A stretch of DNA of 64,000 nucleotides from Eledone cirrhosa (lineage: Eukaryota): positions 42,408,001-42,472,000 of the forward strand of contig OZ024746.1 of the NCBI GenBank assembly GCA_964016885.1, written 5' to 3'. Shown piece by piece: positions 61,250 through 64,000 of this stretch (position 1 is the stretch's first letter; every line of letters starts with the position of its first letter). The notes below the pieces were generated by a model. The model did no database searches. It saw only the letters and a program-made list of their open reading frames with translations, and was not told where the DNA came from. Made by a program: the position numbers and the translations under genes.

Positions 61250-63492
61250 TCATATATACAAAAATGCATACATATTATATAACTGTATAACTGGAACAGA
61301 ACAGGTGACCAGTTTAAAACAAGATTTCAAGAGTGCATAGCTGAGCATGGTTCTCAAGATAAAAATCTAGTTTAGGACTGAGGCTAAATATTTTGAAATG
61401 ATTCTTCAAGTGACAACAGAGCAATAGTTAATGACAGCAAGTTAATTGGGACAAATCAGCTGTTATTGATTATTTACTCCACACTTCCTCCATGATCCAA
61501 AACAGTATAGAAGATCAAAAGGTGAACATATTATTGCACATGAAACTTTACACCTACTATTCTAATTCACTTCAATTTCTCTTATTAGATTTACTTCTTA
61601 GCCACTTTAGATTTTAACAAAGGTGACACTTATAATCAAGGAGTTCAACTAGGAGGTGTTACAAGCTTAATGAATGTCACACATTCATTAGTAAATTTAA
61701 ACAATTTTAGCAATTCTCAACTGACTAAGAATAAGTCTTGAAAAAAAAAGTGTTAAGAATTTCATAGATATATATCTTCATAAGCATCATCATCTGTTAA
61801 GTAACGATAACAGTTTAATGATATAATTTGGATCATTTCCCTAATTAAAATATTTTTAATTAATTATGAATATAAATTTAAAAAAATGAAGCAAATATCT
61901 GAAAAATACATAGTCAAATGATTAATAAGTTTGCTTTGAAGAAACCTGCAGCTGAGGTTTCAGATCCATTACATTGCTCTATCTGTTGTAGCCACAAATT
62001 GATCAAACAATGGTCAATTTTATAAGTGAAATTTCTAGACAGAAACTGTGCAGCAACTCATCACAAATATGCATGCACACATACACACACAACTTTTTAT
62101 GTCAAACTGGCTCTGCTGCTATGAAACAAAACCTCCCTATTTGAATTAAAATCTCATATAAAAATTTTTATTTAAGATCCTTGTTATGTTACTATCTCAG
62201 TATAATGAAATCAAGAACAATTTTAGATAATCCACCAAACATCTTCATCAATTCATTAAAATTGAGTGTATTTCATAAGAAATAGTCACAAAAGAGTTAA
62301 TACATTATGTTACAGGCCCTACAGTTCACAGATTACTTTCATCTCAGGATGAAGTAGATCAGTTATACATTAAAGGAGTTACAGTGAGGAAAGTAAAACT
62401 GTTAACTTTCTTTATTCTTAGGTGTTTTACAGAAGAATTTTTATTTTTGCTTTGAATATAAATTAACTAACATTCAAAACAAAATTACTTCTCTTAAAAA
62501 ACTAAAATGGGAAGTAAGTTATAGTAAGAAGCTATATGTTTGTATGTATGTGAATATATATACATGTATTACACACACACACATACGTGCATATATTTGT
62601 ATACATGTTTATCTGTCTTTGTTAGTGAAATTCTTCTGTAAAATGTTATCCCTTTATGTCATAGCATAACTTAGCCATTTGAGAAACGAAGGTGAATAAA
62701 ACAAGTACTGGGATCAATAAGTTTGACGAAAATACTTAAGGTTGTATTAAAGCATGGCTGAAATCTGAATGAGTGAAAAGAATTTAAAAAACCCATAAAA
62801 GATAGTAGATAAATATAAACTCTCTTGCTGTAGTATTTCACTGTAAAACTAGAAATATGGAATGTTAATGCTATTACTACTGTTGCTGCAGCTGTTCTTC
62901 TGTTCTGTTTCTATTTCTTTATATGTTGAAGTTGATGAAAGATTAAAATCTAAAAGTAAATAACAAAACTGATTTAGCAGTTTAGCTAAACTACAAATAT
63001 TTCTTTAAAAAGTGTATATTGCTTGTGTCACTGTATCTAGAATGCTAGCTACAATGTAAAACAGCAATGCCACTCTTGGGAAATTACAATGTATATACAA
63101 TACCTAATATAAAATAATGAGTTCCAACTATCTTTTTACAGAACAAAGAATGCAAGAATTTGGAAGATTAGTTAAGACATGAGATTAGATAAGATACTGT
63201 ATATACTTGAATATAAACTGATCTGAATATAAGTTAACCCATATTTTATGTCTGAGAAATGGGCAAAAATCCAACCCCATGTATAAGCTGAGGCAGCTAA
63301 TCGATATGTGTTTAGATAGTGTGATTTTGAAATCCTCTTGAGTGGATAATATATTTATGAGATTTTAATATTTTGATATTTAAAATGTTTTAAGTGTGGA
63401 TCACAATATGATTTTTGTTTCACAAGTCCATTACATAATGATTTTTTAACAATTTCCAACCATTTTGAAAGCCATATTCATTGAAAACAAAT

Positions 63493-63600
63493 TTCACCTC
63501 CAAAGTGAAACCACTGTAATATTCACTCCCAGAGTGAAACTGGTGTAATATTCACCTCCAAATAACACCACTGTAATAGTCACCTCCAAAGTGAAACTAT
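63493..63600. repeat. Minisatellite, ~29 bp unit, about four copies
   Basis: TTCACCTCCAAAGTGAAACCACTGTAATA-like units arranged head to tail. Confidence 0.7.
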
Positions 63601-64000
63601 TTTAACACTTCATCTACATAGAATTTAAAGTTGGTAAAAATTGGTGAAATATTGACTTCAAATATAAGTCAACCACCCGTTTTACCATTGATTTTTTTTG
63701 TCACATATTTCTCAGCTTATATATGAGTATATATGGTAAATCTGAGGTGTATTACTTCACAATGAAATGCTGTATCAGTTGACATCACAATGCTTAAATA
63801 TTTGTTAAAGTTGATCACTGAAGAAATTAGAATGTGAAGCTAAAGTTGCAGATCAATATTATGTTAAGTGGTAATTTGTGTTTGAAATTCAAAGTGAATG
63901 GTGAAATTGTTGGTCTTGGAAGTGGTAGTGATCAATGTTCTTTGGATTATGTATGAGGATAGAAAATATTTGGTTAAAGTTGGAAATGTGTTTAGTAAGG

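Noticed and set aside
63493-63600. ~29 bp repeats superficially like a CRISPR array
   Set aside because: The units are contiguous with no unique spacers, no cas genes are present, and the context is eukaryotic.

Overview
AT-rich eukaryotic (metazoan) genomic DNA with many (TA)n/(CA)n microsatellites, RTE-clade LINEs, tRNA-derived SINEs and MITEs. This landscape resembles a cephalopod (octopus-like) genome, which is an inference from repeat content only. Almost the whole window is intronic sequence of one multi-exon minus-strand gene. I rebuilt it by hand from GT-AG sites: ten exons from 47560 down to about 7795 join with consistent phase, and 2-3 more follow down to 1547. The start and stop codons were not found. 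The predicted protein has an acidic N-terminal region, one hydrophobic segment, an RRVR/S furin-like site, one EGF domain, two TNFR-like Cys modules and a long Cys-containing region I do not recognise. The most striking non-coding feature is a ~1.2 kb spacer-less palindrome (11449-12680). Each arm carries an apparently intact type I hammerhead ribozyme. Further degenerate hammerhead-like motifs sit in TA-flanked inverted-repeat elements, suggesting non-autonomous Penelope-like or retrozyme elements. All calls were made by eye without database searches, and repeat boundaries are approximate.
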